38,911 nt of DNA from positions 128,001 through 166,911 of IMG/VR virus record IMGVR_UViG_2799112923_000002. One strand, given 5' to 3'. Each line of letters begins with the position of its first letter. Position 1 is the stretch's first letter. The notes beneath the pieces were generated by a model. The model was given only the letters and a program-made list of their open reading frames with translations, was not told the DNA's origin and did no database searches. Positions 1 through 11,370 of the stretch are shown here, in pieces. The position numbers and the translations under genes were made by a program. Source of the stretch: a virus (lineage: Duplodnaviria; Heunggongvirae; Uroviricota; Caudoviricetes).

Positions 1-2501
1 TTATCAACAAGAAATCCAAAAGCGTTTACATTTATTCCATCTCCAACTTGTGTTGAAAATCCAACATTATCTATATATTTAAGAGGAGTTTCTTCTGGAA
101 TATAAATTAATTTAGATGTAGAACTTTCTAAATTAGTTGTTTCATATCCAGTTGCAATAAACATTTGACTATTTCTTTGTAAATCACATTTATTAATAGG
201 ATCAATTGTAAACTCTGAACCACATAAAATAGATTGAAGTTGGGGATTAGTCATTACATCAACTGAAAGAAGACCTTGACCAAGTGCTTGACTTTGATCT
301 ATTTCTCTTTCTCTGAGTTCATATGTAGCTGTCGCTTCATCATCATTTACTTTAGTTTTTGTTAATTTTGTATTAACGTTTTTATTTGTTTTTAATGATG
401 TGCTAGTTAATGCAACTCCATTGCTTAAGCATCATTGGATACATTCATCTTTACAAGCGTTTACAACATCTGTATCTTCCCAATTACCAATTCTAGATTC
501 AGAAGAATACAATACAGAATCAGGATTTTGACCTTTTGGTCCAATAACCTCTACAACTTGACGCTTTCTTCCTATAAAGCTTGGTCATCATTGATAATGA
601 TACAAATAAATTTGATATTCTACATCATCTGATAAATTTGTAACAACATCTCCATTTATATTTATTGGAGTATATTTTAACTGCCTTCCTCCGTCTTCAC
701 CGATAGCATTCTTAGTAATAAAACTTTCTGTTACAAATTTGTTTTCATATTGAAGCATTGGAATAAACGTATTTTGATCAATTCCAACACCAAATCCTTG
801 ACATATTGTAATAGGTATTCTTTTCTGCCTTACAATAAAATATCCAACAATATCTAATGTTTTTAACTTTTCAATTGTTTCTGAAGGAATCTCAAAAGAA
901 AAATACATTGGCTTTACATCGTTTGCTTCTAATATGTTTACGTCGGGAGTTTTAAACACACCATAAATATTATCTAATTTAGTAGTATTAGTTAAAAATA
1001 CTCCGTCGTTATTAAGATTTTGAATTCTCGTTTCGCCTTCAGCTATTTCTGGAGACATGTGTCCTTCGCTAACATTAGTTTCAACAGGATCGTTTGGATT
1101 AGGTTTTGCAAATTCGCATCCTTTTAAATTAAAAACTTGTGTTAAACTACCATCAGATTTAATATAAACGATACCAAATCTATAAAGTTCATCTGGTCAA
1201 TAACCTAATTTATAATAAATATTTTTAGGATTATAATATTCACATTTATCTCCATCTGAAGTATAATTTCATACATTTACACTTCCAATAGGCTCAGATT
1301 GAGAAATAGAAGCAATAATATTATAACTTAAGTTTTGTAACTCTGGATTATTGATTTCAGCCGTTTCAATATTTCCTAAGAATAACATATTTTGCTGTTG
1401 TGCTTCAGTTTTAACAGCAGCAACAGAATGATACATTATATTCAATTCTTCTATGGAAATACTATTTTCTGCTTCAACTCCAGATATAGTTATTAATTGA
1501 TATCGATTTTCTTCAGCATTAGAATATGTTGATGTTTTTGATGCACTTATCTTATAAGGTTCAATGAGTTCTTTACATTCAACTAATCGATATCCATTTA
1601 AATCGCAATACTCTCGTGTGTAATATACATAAATTCTAGAATATCTATAATCTATGTTTGATAACTTTAACTTTATAAGTTTATCAGTAAGTTCATTTGC
1701 AAAAGCGCCTGATATTGTAGTAGGACTATTTGGAGTTCCTTTAAATACACTAACTATGCCGGATTCACAAACAATATCTGTTTTATTTCCGTCATCATCT
1801 CCAAATTTTATATAAAATGTATAATTACCACCTTTTAATTGCCCACCTTGTGATACATCTTCTAAATCAAGTTTAGGAAAAACAGTACTATTACTTATAA
1901 GTCTTGTAGTTTGTTCTACAGTGTCTTCATTATATATATTTGTTTCTACATCTTGGTTTCTATGAATAAATCTACCATTTCCATCGCCTATAACAGCAAA
2001 TCCAGAATTAATAATTCTTGGTGGATTTTTATCATCTGTCAAAATTAAATTTACAGATCCATCGTATGAAGGTTGAACTTCTATAGATACAGGATGTTCT
2101 TTATCGTATCCGTTTATCGCATTTGTTGAGAATGTATCTAGATTTTCATCTTTTTTCAAATTGAAAAGTGGTCTATATACATATTCAAAAGGTTTGTCTT
2201 CATAAAAATTGTCTCCACTTGGACTTAACGATGGAAATGATCCAATTTCAAATTTACCATCTTCGTTTATTGATACAATATAAATAATATCTCCAAATTC
2301 AGTTAATCCGATTGGATAGAATCCATCAGATAACCAAGTTGTTTGAATATTACCCATATCATTTTGTAAAGATAATTCATTACCATTATAAGTAATAAAC
2401 GTTCCGTTTAAGTTATCTGTAAGTACTGTATTTGGAGTATTCATCGGGTTTAAATCTTTATTTAACCCGTCTTTTCACACATTTGTCGCGGTTTCTTTCA
2501 T
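1..2501 (-). CDS. Tail muzzle / tail stabilisation protein (crAss Tstab, P22 gp10-like), 3' end outside window
   Basis: With TGA=W, one frame from ATG 2501 runs off position 1 and joins ORFs 1269..2444 and 588..1058. N-terminus MKETATNVWKDGLNKDLNP...LQNDMGN and the motif LGYW-PDELYRFGIV resemble crAss muzzle proteins. It follows the ring and IHF-like genes. Confidence 0.8.
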
Positions 2502-3039
2502 AACTTACAGGTTCGATTTCTCCATTTGAATTTCTTTTATAAATATATTCTGCATATTTAACTGTGTAATCTTTTTTAAACATAGTAAAACCACAATCTT
2601 CTGGATATTTAATTCTAAAGAAATGTTTTAATCTTCTATCAGCTTCACATTCCTCTAAAATTTTATAAAAAACTATTTTTTCAAAATAAATATTACGTCG
2701 TTTTTTACTATAAATAAAATTAAAATCGTTAAATACAGAATCGCTTAACCCAAAATAATAGTATCCTGAATATTTAGTTTTTGCTCTACGATACTTAATC
2801 CTTAATTTTATTTTTCATTTAAGTCTTGAATATTTCAAAAACAGTAACGTGTTATTGAATAATTTTCCAAAATACATAGTATATTTTGGATGTTTTAATA
2901 GAACGTCTCCTCCATACAGATTTAGCATATATAATGAAGAAAGTCCGTGTTTTATAATTTTATCAATTTGTTTCTTCGATAATTCTGGAAATTTCTTAAG
3001 GATTTTATCATAATACTTTTCACAAGTAGCTAATTCCAT
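2458..3039 (-). CDS. Basic conserved crAss-like protein, probable IHF/HU-like (193 aa)
   Basis: ORF 2815..3039 extended through TGA 2815 to TAA 2458. Very Lys/Arg rich. TAATG-coupled to the upstream gene. IHF-like call is from gene position in the crAss tail block. Confidence 0.5.
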
Positions 3040-3482
3040 TAATAATACATTTTTCCATTATTTATATAACTGTAAAACAGTTGTTTCATCTTATCATTTA
3101 TATATATTGGTTTTTCTCGATCTCCTCCACGATAATTATACGAAAAATATAATTGATACCCTTTAAATAAAGAGCTAAGAAAATCAATTCCCATAAATTT
3201 ACCTCTGGAATATAGTCTTTGAAACAAATCACCATCAAATACCTTTACATGTATCATCGCATGTCTATTTCCTTTTAATGGAAGGATAAAAGTCACATTG
3301 TTTTCGATTATATCTAATAATACAAAAAACATGTAATAAAGAAATATTTTGGCCAAAAATTCAACAGGGCATTCGCAATGATATATATCTCTGTATATTT
3401 TTGGTCCAATTCCAAGCGATTTATAATTTCAATTTTCAAATAAGTCTCGAGAAGTAAAACAAAATCCAGTATAGTATCACAT
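3039..3482 (-). CDS. Conserved crAss-like protein, probable IHF-like (147 aa), begins ATG-TGA (Met-Trp)
   Basis: ATG 3482 overlaps the TAA of the upstream gene (TAATG). Open with 2 TGA into ORF 3039..3356. Confidence 0.5.
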
Positions 3483-4171
3483 TATAATATTGGTTTTAAA
3501 CTCTTGCCATACTGTTTCCTATCTCATCTTACCTTAACATCTAAGATTCTGTCCATATCGTTTTGAGTAAAATGTTCTGGAATTCTAGCAGCATTGCACA
3601 ATCTTAGCCAGTCCTGTTGTATTACTTGAGCAAGTTTTATAATATTTCCATCACGTTTTTTTATGCCTTCTTTATAAAGTGTCATATATGCGACCCATGC
3701 TGCAACAGCGGCCAATTCTTTATCATTTAGTAATGGTAATTGATTTTCATCATCCATTAAAATACCGTGATAAACAACCATTACATGTTTGTAATCGTGA
3801 GAAAAATATAATACTCCATTACCTTCGTCGTATTTTACATATTTACCTCTAGTCCAGTATGGATCTTCATCTCACTTTCTAAAATCGATATAGCCTTCTG
3901 TCCAAAGAGAATCTATTGGAAGTCAATCTGACACATTACTTGTCATTTGAGCATCTGGTACAGGAACATGTACAGACTCTATTAAATCTACATTACAAGG
4001 TAGATTTAACTTTCCATCTACAACATTTCCAATATATCTATACAATCTTGTATGTTTATTTCCAATTCTACTTCATCCTTCTAGTGCGATATCTTCAAAA
4101 TCATCTTCTGAAGCAGATACTCCATATAAGGATTCTGCTAAACTATATGCAGCATTAAAATTATTTAACAT
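3482..4171 (-). CDS. Tail ring / tubular protein (229 aa)
   Basis: MLNNFNAAYSLAESLYG... open with 4 TGA to TAA 3482. Contains LPCNVDLIESV and DDENQLPLL...AVAAWVAYM, as in crAss ring proteins. TAATG overlaps at both ends. Confidence 0.65.
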
Positions 4172-4839
4172 TATCTAGGAGTTTGTGTATTAGGTAAAAC
4201 TTGAGAAGTTGGACCTCTATAATATCTGAGTTTTTGTTCAACAAGTCTTCTTTTAATTTCATTGGTAACAGAACCTAGTTCTAGGAACTCATGTGGATCA
4301 CAACAATTAAATTGTTCTAATTGTCGTGGATCTCTAAATACTGCAATAATTGATATATATTTTACGAATGGTGCATTAAATATCCATCCGTCATACATTC
4401 CGTTTTGATTGGGAGCCTTTTCTATATAAATGTATGGTTTATTGGCTCCACGTTTTTTATATTTACGATATTTTAGTCCGTCTAACGAATAATGTACATC
4501 GTATCTTATTTCTTTATCAACGGTACCAATTCATTCTATTGCATCATCTCCTAAATCATTCATTAGAATAGGAATTTCAAAATGCATTTCTGATTTTCCA
4601 GATGATGTAACACAACATTTAGCCGGATCTTTACAATCAACTTCTATACAGTTAAGTGCTAGCATTAAGTCATGAGGTTTTAATAAACCTTTAAGATACC
4701 ATTCTTTAATGATAGCCTCTCGTAGTTCAATGATTTCATCTTCAAGCTGTTCTATAGATATATTTGGATTTGCATTTGCATTTGAAAGTCCAGCATTGAT
4801 ATCATTAAGTACAGCGGATGCTAATTTGTTAATATCCAT
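4171..4839 (-). CDS. Tail ring protein (222 aa)
   Basis: MDINKLAS... joins ORFs 4531..4878 and 4171..4398 through TGA 4531. Motif IIAVFRDPRQL near the C-terminus. Starts just after a terminator. Confidence 0.65.
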
Positions 4840-4851
4840 GACTTTTAAATT

Positions 4852-4887
4852 AAAAAAGAGCGAGCGGAAAAGCTCCACCCGCTCCTT
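4852..4887 (-). terminator. Intrinsic terminator/attenuator after the auxiliary capsid gene
   Basis: Minus strand GGAGCGGGTGGAG-CTT-TTCCGCTCGCTCT hairpin followed by a U6 tract. Confidence 0.8.
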
Positions 4888-4910
4888 ATGATTTTATTTT
4901 TATCTAAATA

Positions 4911-5792
4911 CTATTCAGGTTCTGTAGGAGTGATTTCGCATTCTGCAAGAGCTGCATCGAAATCAGCAACAACATCACTCTTAACCCAGTAAATGTGACG
5001 AGTAACAGCATCAATCTTCTGACCAACACCAGAAAGGCCACCGAAACCAGGACGAGGAGAATCATATGCGAAAGAATACATCGTATAGATTGCACCAGGA
5101 ATAGGCATTTCATCAGAATTGAGAGCAGCATAACGTCTGTTGCCATAAGTAGGGAAACGATAGTTCTCTACAAGTTTGTCTCCAGTTCCGAAAGGAACTT
5201 TTGTTTCAGTGGTAGCATAATCGTCAGCAACTAATTCGTATCTGTCAAATGCGCAACCATCGCAAGCACCTTCGATAAGTTTCTCAAGTTTGGCACCTTC
5301 GAATTCCATTCCAAACATAGAAGCTGTAAGAACTACAGAAGTACCACTCTTAGCAACAGTGATGAATTTGTTATTAAAAGGAATAGCATCTTTAAGAGCT
5401 GCAAGAAGCTCATCTGCGAAGACACCACCGTCTTTGTGAGTGAAACCAACAACAACTGGCTTACCAAAAGAAGCCCAGTTAGGATATGCATACTCTGCAA
5501 TAGCAGCAGGATCAAGAAGTTTTACAAATACAGAGAATTGGAAAACATCACCAGCTGCAAGAGATGCAGGTGCAGTTACAGTAAGTGTTGCAAGTTGTCC
5601 ATCATAACCAGGAGTCTTAAAGACAACACCTTCTCCACGAGGGAAGATAAGATCTGAACGATAGTCACCTGCGCGTTCGATAACAAGGTGTTTTACACCA
5701 AGAGCGATATCATCATAAGTACCAATTCTCTTGTTGCCTTCAAGTGTACCAACATTACTGTTAATAATAACTTCGTGTGTGTAATTAAACAT
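4911..5792 (-). CDS. Auxiliary capsid / abundant structural protein (293 aa)
   Basis: Intact ORF, no TGA, codon style like the MCP, followed by a terminator. Third gene downstream of the MCP, as in the crAss head block. Confidence 0.6.
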   Translation of the reverse strand: MFNYTHEVIINSNVGTLEGNKRIGTYDDIALGVKHLVIERAGDYRSDLIFPRGEGVVFKTPGYDGQLATLTVTAPASLAAGDVFQFSVFVKLLDPAAIAEYAYPNWASFGKPVVVGFTHKDGGVFADELLAALKDAIPFNNKFITVAKSGTSVVLTASMFGMEFEGAKLEKLIEGACDGCAFDRYELVADDYATTETKVPFGTGDKLVENYRFPTYGNRRYAALNSDEMPIPGAIYTMYSFAYDSPRPGFGGLSGVGQKIDAVTRHIYWVKSDVVADFDAALAECEITPTEPE

Positions 5793-5816
5793 TTTTCTAA
5801 AAAATTAAAAATTAAA

Positions 5817-6719
5817 CTATTTACTATCCGCCGTAGGAATTCCGCCAACTGTCTGATTAATTGCAAAATGCGTTTGTAATCTTTGGTCACCTGCGTTTTC
5901 AAATAATAATTTCATAAATATATTTATTATTTCGTAGGCAACAGCATCTGGAAATTCACATTCAGGCGTAGTATCTCCAACGCCATTTACATCTTCCCAT
6001 GTTAAATTAATAATATCGGGAGTTTTCAAGTAATCTACATAAGCAACATCTGGAGAATAATATTTATTTGTTCCACAAAGAATCTCCATTAATATTCCTT
6101 CGTTACCTGTAAGAATATCTTTATTACAACATGGATCTAATGATTTTATCTCATCATGTTCTATAGGAGATTCGCAATCTCCTTTTGGACAAGGATTTAA
6201 TATACTATCTATTCCGATTTTTGTAGATACTTTCCCAGCTTCCATAGATGTGTTAATATAAAAATATGGATTTTTATAACTGGGCTTTAAATAGGCGTTA
6301 TTTATAATTGCTGGAAATTGATTTGCGGTTAATCTACGACAAAGAGAAAAAACACCCAAATCCTTTTTTAATTCTTTAGGAGGGCAATTCCTACTTATAT
6401 CATCATTACAAACTTTTACGAAATGTGTAGTGCAATTTAATACATGAAAGTAATCCGAAGGAAGAACAACTACATAATTCGCTTCTTCTTTAGGATGTAT
6501 AACTTTATCTTGTTTATAAATACTTAATTCTACACTTCGTTGTAATCAACGTAAATCGTCAGAGGTTTGCTGATTCAAATCAAATCTAGCATATGTTAAA
6601 TTTACATATTGAATGATAGCCTTATTGATTAAATAATTATACTCTTCTATTAATAAAGTAGGAGCCTCGTGTTTATTTTGCTCAACTAAGGCTGAGTCAT
6701 ATAGTTGAAGATGTGTCAT
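5817..6719 (-). CDS. Ring/neck structural protein (300 aa)
   Basis: MTHLQLYDSAL...EEYNYLINKAIIQYV...SDDLRWL (TGA) joins ORF 5817..6359. LPSDYFHVLN and DYLKTP...EFPD..AYEIINI motifs resemble crAss ring proteins. Confidence 0.65.
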
Positions 6720-6740
6720 AGGCTATCTTAATTATCACGT

Positions 6741-7583
6741 TTAATTCTTAGTTTTTGATGTCTTAGTCTCAGGTTTATCTACTGGCTGTACAAATTGGGG
6801 GAAAGTTGCATTTTTTATTTCTTCAAAAATAGATTTATTAGAAGGAGTCTTAAAGAATAAAATTACAGCATCGTCTGTCATACCTAAAACAGAATCTCCA
6901 TACATAAACACTCCATTCTTTTTGCGAATTATATTCTTATCTCGAGCTTCAATTAAAAGAAGTCGTAATGCAGTGTCTCCATTTGTATAAAGATCAATAA
7001 TCTTATTAGGACTCTTCTCTGCAACCTGATATAGGTAATCTTCTACATCAGAAGAAGGTGCATATTTCATATTCTTTCCAAGTAACTTACATTTAGTAAG
7101 TCTTCCGTCAACAGAATCTTCCTCAACATATCTGAAAGCCTGCATAATAAGTTTCTTTCTAGAAACGCTTCTTTCAGATTCTTCACCTGGTACGTCAATG
7201 TATAATTCAGCAGTACCATATTTCTTTGCATCGCCATCAATTAAAAGAACTCCATTTTCATCACGTGCATCTCTAGATGGTGCAAATAAATCATGATTTT
7301 TAATAGCGTTCCAAATATTTGCCTGTCTTTTATCGGCCAAATTAAAAGTTGTTCCATCAACAACAACTACATCTAAATCCTCCGGAATAAAATATGCAGA
7401 TTCAGGATCATTTCTTTCTGCATCCGATAAAACCATTTCAGAACGCCCATCCAATCCAACTCTAGTCTGTTTAACCCATGGCCAATTTAATCCATTAGGT
7501 TGTTTAGTTGGTTGAAAATGATATTCTTTTACTTTATAAACCGACCTAATCGTTATAACTTTATTATCCATATTATTTCTCAA
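6741..7583 (-). CDS. Conserved crAss head-block protein downstream of MCP (280 aa)
   Basis: Intact ORF, 3 Trp all TGG. Position directly after the MCP. Confidence 0.6.
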   Translation of the reverse strand: MRNNMDNKVITIRSVYKVKEYHFQPTKQPNGLNWPWVKQTRVGLDGRSEMVLSDAERNDPESAYFIPEDLDVVVVDGTTFNLADKRQANIWNAIKNHDLFAPSRDARDENGVLLIDGDAKKYGTAELYIDVPGEESERSVSRKKLIMQAFRYVEEDSVDGRLTKCKLLGKNMKYAPSSDVEDYLYQVAEKSPNKIIDLYTNGDTALRLLLIEARDKNIIRKKNGVFMYGDSVLGMTDDAVILFFKTPSNKSIFEEIKNATFPQFVQPVDKPETKTSKTKN

Positions 7584-7617
7584 TTATATATCTAAAACAT
7601 CAAATCTAAGAAAATGT

Positions 7618-7646
7618 AAAAGGCCCAGCCCTAAAACTGGGCCTTT
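7618..7646 (-). terminator. Intrinsic terminator/attenuator after the MCP
   Basis: Perfect inverted repeat AAAGGCCCAG...CTGGGCCTTT followed by TTACATTTT on the minus strand. Confidence 0.8.
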
Positions 7647-7673
7647 ATTCTATAAATTTATTCTATATTAATC

Positions 7674-9101
7674 CTAGAATAGAGGATTGCCTGTGTCTTC
7701 ACCAAGGAAGATTACAGAACGATAAGGATTATACATAGCAAGTCCTGCATAACCCCAAGCCACAATATGGCTACCAGCAACACGGCTAGATACTTCGCCA
7801 GAGCTAAGTCCATCACGACCACCAACACCAACGATCCAGTTGTGCATGAATTGTCCACCCTTGAAGGTTAACATTTCCATAGCTGGTTTGTTAGAGATAC
7901 CATCCTCAGTTAAGTCAACCATGACACCATAGTTGCGAGTAGGGAACTCTACATCAAAGGTTCTTTCAACCTTGAAGATAACTTTATTTCCTGCAAACTC
8001 ATAAGCATGATAGGTAGCACCTAATTCAACATAACCATTAGCTGCTTTAGAATAAAGGACAGCACCATCGGTTTTGTGCTCGACAAGCCAACGATCAAGA
8101 ACGGTGTTGACTTCGTTCCACATGCGAGTATTAACAAGGAATAAATAAGAATTACCAGTAGGTTTGATAGATTTTGCAACTAATGTTGCAAGTGCTTTTT
8201 GGAAATAAGCAACAGTTAATTTAGAGAAGACAAACTTGGTAGCAAAACGCTCGAGTTGAGCAATAAGACCATCAGCAGAAACGATAGGACGTCCGGTTTC
8301 AGGTTCATAGATCTTAGGTTTGCCATCTTTGTCAACATTAGATTTACCCCATACAAGAGCCATATCACGAGCTTCAAGATAGTTCTCGATAACTTGCTCT
8401 TCAGCTTTCTTTAAGGTGAACACGGGATCATCTTTACCACCATCTTTACCAGCACCAATCTGAATAAATACATCCTCAAGAGGTTTGTACATTGCAGAAA
8501 GATCGATGTCATTACGGTGTGTAGCAATGAAGGTACGATGTTTCTCAGTGTTGCTCTGATATTTGGTGTAACCCTCTTCATGTAACTCAGGCATATAGTT
8601 GGTTACAAATCTTGTCATCTCACCAGCAAGTGATGCAGGATCAATAGCGGAAGTATAATCTGAATCGTTAATCTTACCAATGACTAAGAACTCGTTATCG
8701 CGAAGTCTCTGAGGACGATTTAAAACGATGATAAGATCACGAGTCTTCTCAATGATAAATGTATCATACTTCTGATAGTAATTCTCAGGGAAATAGAAAA
8801 GAATGTCTGCACCGTTGCATCCATCACCTTCAACGCGAAGGATAGGAACTCTCTTGATACGGTTAACAGCAATGTTCCATTCTACAACAAAAGAATCAAC
8901 ATCTTTAAAACCATTCTTTGGTTTACCTTTTGTATATACATTTTGAAGTGCTTCGGTAAGATGTGTAATAGTGTACTGATCGTACAACGTTGAAACTAGA
9001 CCCATTCTAGCGGGCTTAACACTAAGGAATTTCATGAAATCTTCATAAGTTCTAGTATCAGCCATGTTAGGTCTAACAGTAGTAAAACCTGATATTCTCA
9101 T
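7674..9101 (-). CDS. Major capsid protein (475 aa)
   Basis: Size, highly-expressed codon style, a following terminator, and HK97-like crAss MCP motifs (EARDMALVWGKS, GRPIVSADGLIAQLE, YEFAGNKVIF). Preceded by an acidic scaffold-like gene. Confidence 0.85.
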   Translation of the reverse strand: MRISGFTTVRPNMADTRTYEDFMKFLSVKPARMGLVSTLYDQYTITHLTEALQNVYTKGKPKNGFKDVDSFVVEWNIAVNRIKRVPILRVEGDGCNGADILFYFPENYYQKYDTFIIEKTRDLIIVLNRPQRLRDNEFLVIGKINDSDYTSAIDPASLAGEMTRFVTNYMPELHEEGYTKYQSNTEKHRTFIATHRNDIDLSAMYKPLEDVFIQIGAGKDGGKDDPVFTLKKAEEQVIENYLEARDMALVWGKSNVDKDGKPKIYEPETGRPIVSADGLIAQLERFATKFVFSKLTVAYFQKALATLVAKSIKPTGNSYLFLVNTRMWNEVNTVLDRWLVEHKTDGAVLYSKAANGYVELGATYHAYEFAGNKVIFKVERTFDVEFPTRNYGVMVDLTEDGISNKPAMEMLTFKGGQFMHNWIVGVGGRDGLSSGEVSSRVAGSHIVAWGYAGLAMYNPYRSVIFLGEDTGNPLF

Positions 9102-9140
9102 ACTTTAAAATTATTAGTTGTTATTATTAAATACAGATAA

Positions 9141-10265
9141 CTAACCGTAAATATCGAATACTGTTTTAGCCTTCATTGAAGGTTTCCTACTCTGAGATTT
9201 AGGTTGAGTTACCACAGACGAATTATTTTCTTTGTTCTTATATTTATCCAGCTCTTTTTGTAAACTTGCCTTTTCTTTTCTTTCGTCTGCTAAAACTTTC
9301 TTCCAGTAGCGAGTAAGCCCGGTCAGATTATCTCTTTCACGAGTTCTATAATATGCAAGTTCTATGAGAGCTTGAGGATCTTCTAAATCACGTACTAATT
9401 GACTCTTCCCATCTTTATCTCTTTCGAGTAAATATCTCATCATTACATCTCTATCTGCGTCTTCAATTTGCAATGATAATGCATCCTGACTATTATCTTC
9501 AGGATCTAGCACAATTTCAGTGAAATCTGCCATTGCATTTTGTAAATTATTTTGAAGTTCTTGGAAACTTTGAGCTTCTATTTCTTCTTGTTGTTTAATT
9601 TCATCTTCTTCACGCTGTCTTAAGGAGGTTCTAATTGCATTAACTTCTTTTGTAAACAGTTCCTCGTTTAATTTTGCGGAATCAAGCTTTGAAGTAAGCT
9701 CTTCATCTGTGAATTCTGGATATTTATTTTTTAAATCTGCTAAATACAATTCATCATCCGTATAATCATCAATTGAATACGTTCTTTGATGAACTTGATC
9801 TGGATTCTGATTTAAATAGTCTTCAACTGCTTTCTGCTGATAATACTGAATTACATCATCAAGGGTTGCATTATTTTTTCTTAAATAATCAACAACCTGT
9901 TTTTCATAATCTGTAAAACCAGGATCAGCTAATTCTTTAAATACGTTAAATTTCTCTTCATTAGAAAGACTGTTAAAATCTCTTTCAACAATCTCTCCGT
10001 TTTCTCCCTCAAATTGTAATTTAGAAGGATCGGAAATACCGTATTGTTTTAAATATGCTGTAACAAAATCATCAGAGTCGTGTTGATCTGAATCATTGTC
10101 TATCTCTTCATTGTTTTCTTCGTGTTCTTCTGAATTGTTTTGATTAACAAAATCAGATAAGCCGAGTGGATCTTGTTCTATCACTTCATCCTCGGTGATC
10201 TCTTCATCCACATGTACGTCCTCATCAGAAAGGAGCGAATTAAAATTTTCGTTTTCAAATGCCAT
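9141..10265 (-). CDS. Acidic coiled-coil protein upstream of MCP, probable scaffold (374 aa)
   Basis: Very D/E rich and helical, with its own promoter, immediately 5' of the MCP. Confidence 0.65.
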   Translation of the reverse strand: MAFENENFNSLLSDEDVHVDEEITEDEVIEQDPLGLSDFVNQNNSEEHEENNEEIDNDSDQHDSDDFVTAYLKQYGISDPSKLQFEGENGEIVERDFNSLSNEEKFNVFKELADPGFTDYEKQVVDYLRKNNATLDDVIQYYQQKAVEDYLNQNPDQVHQRTYSIDDYTDDELYLADLKNKYPEFTDEELTSKLDSAKLNEELFTKEVNAIRTSLRQREEDEIKQQEEIEAQSFQELQNNLQNAMADFTEIVLDPEDNSQDALSLQIEDADRDVMMRYLLERDKDGKSQLVRDLEDPQALIELAYYRTRERDNLTGLTRYWKKVLADERKEKASLQKELDKYKNKENNSSVVTQPKSQSRKPSMKAKTVFDIYG

Positions 10266-10294
10266 AATACTTATTATTTCTTATTAAAACTCCG

Positions 10295-10326
10295 CAAATA
10301 TAAAAATAAATTTTGTAAATTCCAAA
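10295..10326 (-). promoter_or_regulatory. Bacteroidota sigmaA-type promoter for the scaffold/MCP operon
   Basis: Minus strand TTTG (10323-10326), 20-nt spacer, TATATTTG (10295-10302), matching the -33/-7 consensus TTTG-N19-21-TAnnTTTG. Confidence 0.75.
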
Positions 10327-10332
10327 TATATT

Positions 10333-10761
10333 TTAGAATATTGCAAGAAAAATTGCTGCAATCACTCCTAAACCAGTTGTAGTTTGTCAAAATATTACTC
10401 CTCTATTTGCTCTCTTCAATTGTTTTTCCAAATCGGAGACTACCTCCTGATTATTGGAATTTATTCGTTCTATTAATATATCTTTGTTTTCTATGATAAT
10501 TCTTTGAGATTCAACCATATCTTTAAGTTTGTCAGATGTTAAAGTTAAATCTTCAATAAGTCTATCATTGACAACATTTAAAGAATCGGATACTTCTAAT
10601 CTATAAAATGCTGTATTGATTTTATCCAGATCCGATTTATTTATCATAATCATAGTATCTACTACTTCAGATGCTATTTCTACATGCTTTACTTTATCTG
10701 GAAGCTGAGCAAATCCAATTAAAGGTAAAAATATTAAAAGTAAACAAATTAATTTTCTCAT
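10333..10761 (-). CDS. Signal peptide + coiled coil + C-terminal TM protein, spanin-like (142 aa)
   Basis: MRKLICLLLIFLPLIGFAQ signal. Read-through of TGA 10387 adds WQTTTGLGVIAAIFLAIF, then TAA 10333. Confidence 0.5.
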
Positions 10762-11084
10762 CTTTCTAAATTTCTCTTTAATTGTTCAACACCTTCAGAT
10801 GTAGATTTAGATACTACAACTTTATCTTTTTGTGTTATAATTTTACTTTTGATTTTATTTAAAGAGTCAATTTCCTCTTCTAATGTTTCTACTTGTAATT
10901 TATAAACACTTATTTGTTTTTCATATTCTTGATTAACATAAACCAATGAATCCACTTTTACAGTGTTCTCTAATTTTAGTTTATTAAGTTCTTTTACAAC
11001 TTTATTATATCTAAGATTTCCAACAATCAATAGAATTAACAAAAGTCCAGATATAATTAAATATAAAATTTTTTTATCGTTCAT
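10749..11084 (-). CDS. N-terminal TM + coiled-coil protein, i-spanin-like (111 aa)
   Basis: ILYLIISGLLLILLIVG anchor followed by heptads. TGA 10758 then TAA 10749. Overlaps the next gene. Confidence 0.5.
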
Positions 11085-11370
11085 CTTTTATTTCTTTAAG
11101 TGTACGTAATTCTCAAAATTTTTCTTTAAATCCTGCTTCTTTTTTACCTTCTGGAATTTTACCAGCTCGAACTCAATTGTCAAAAGTAGCTCTACTAATA
11201 TTTAAATAAGAACAAGCTTGATACTTACTTAGTTTATTCTTAGTATTAGTAACTCGATTTATAGTATCTAAAACTTCGTTCATTTCATCTTCTGTATAAT
11301 CTGTATTTCCATTATCAATTGCATCTACTACATTAAGTAGAGTTCTTTTTAAAGTTTCTTTTTTCAACAT
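11074..11370 (-). CDS. Excisionase/AlpA-like HTH DNA-binding protein (98 aa)
   Basis: LSKYQACSYLNISRATFDNWVRAGKIPEG...KEKFW. Both W are TGA and fall at family-typical positions. Confidence 0.75.

Noticed and set aside
4911-9143. TAG reassignment (code 15)
   Set aside because: TAG ends the MCP, scaffold, ring and auxiliary capsid genes right before intergenic gaps or terminators, and was never needed internally.
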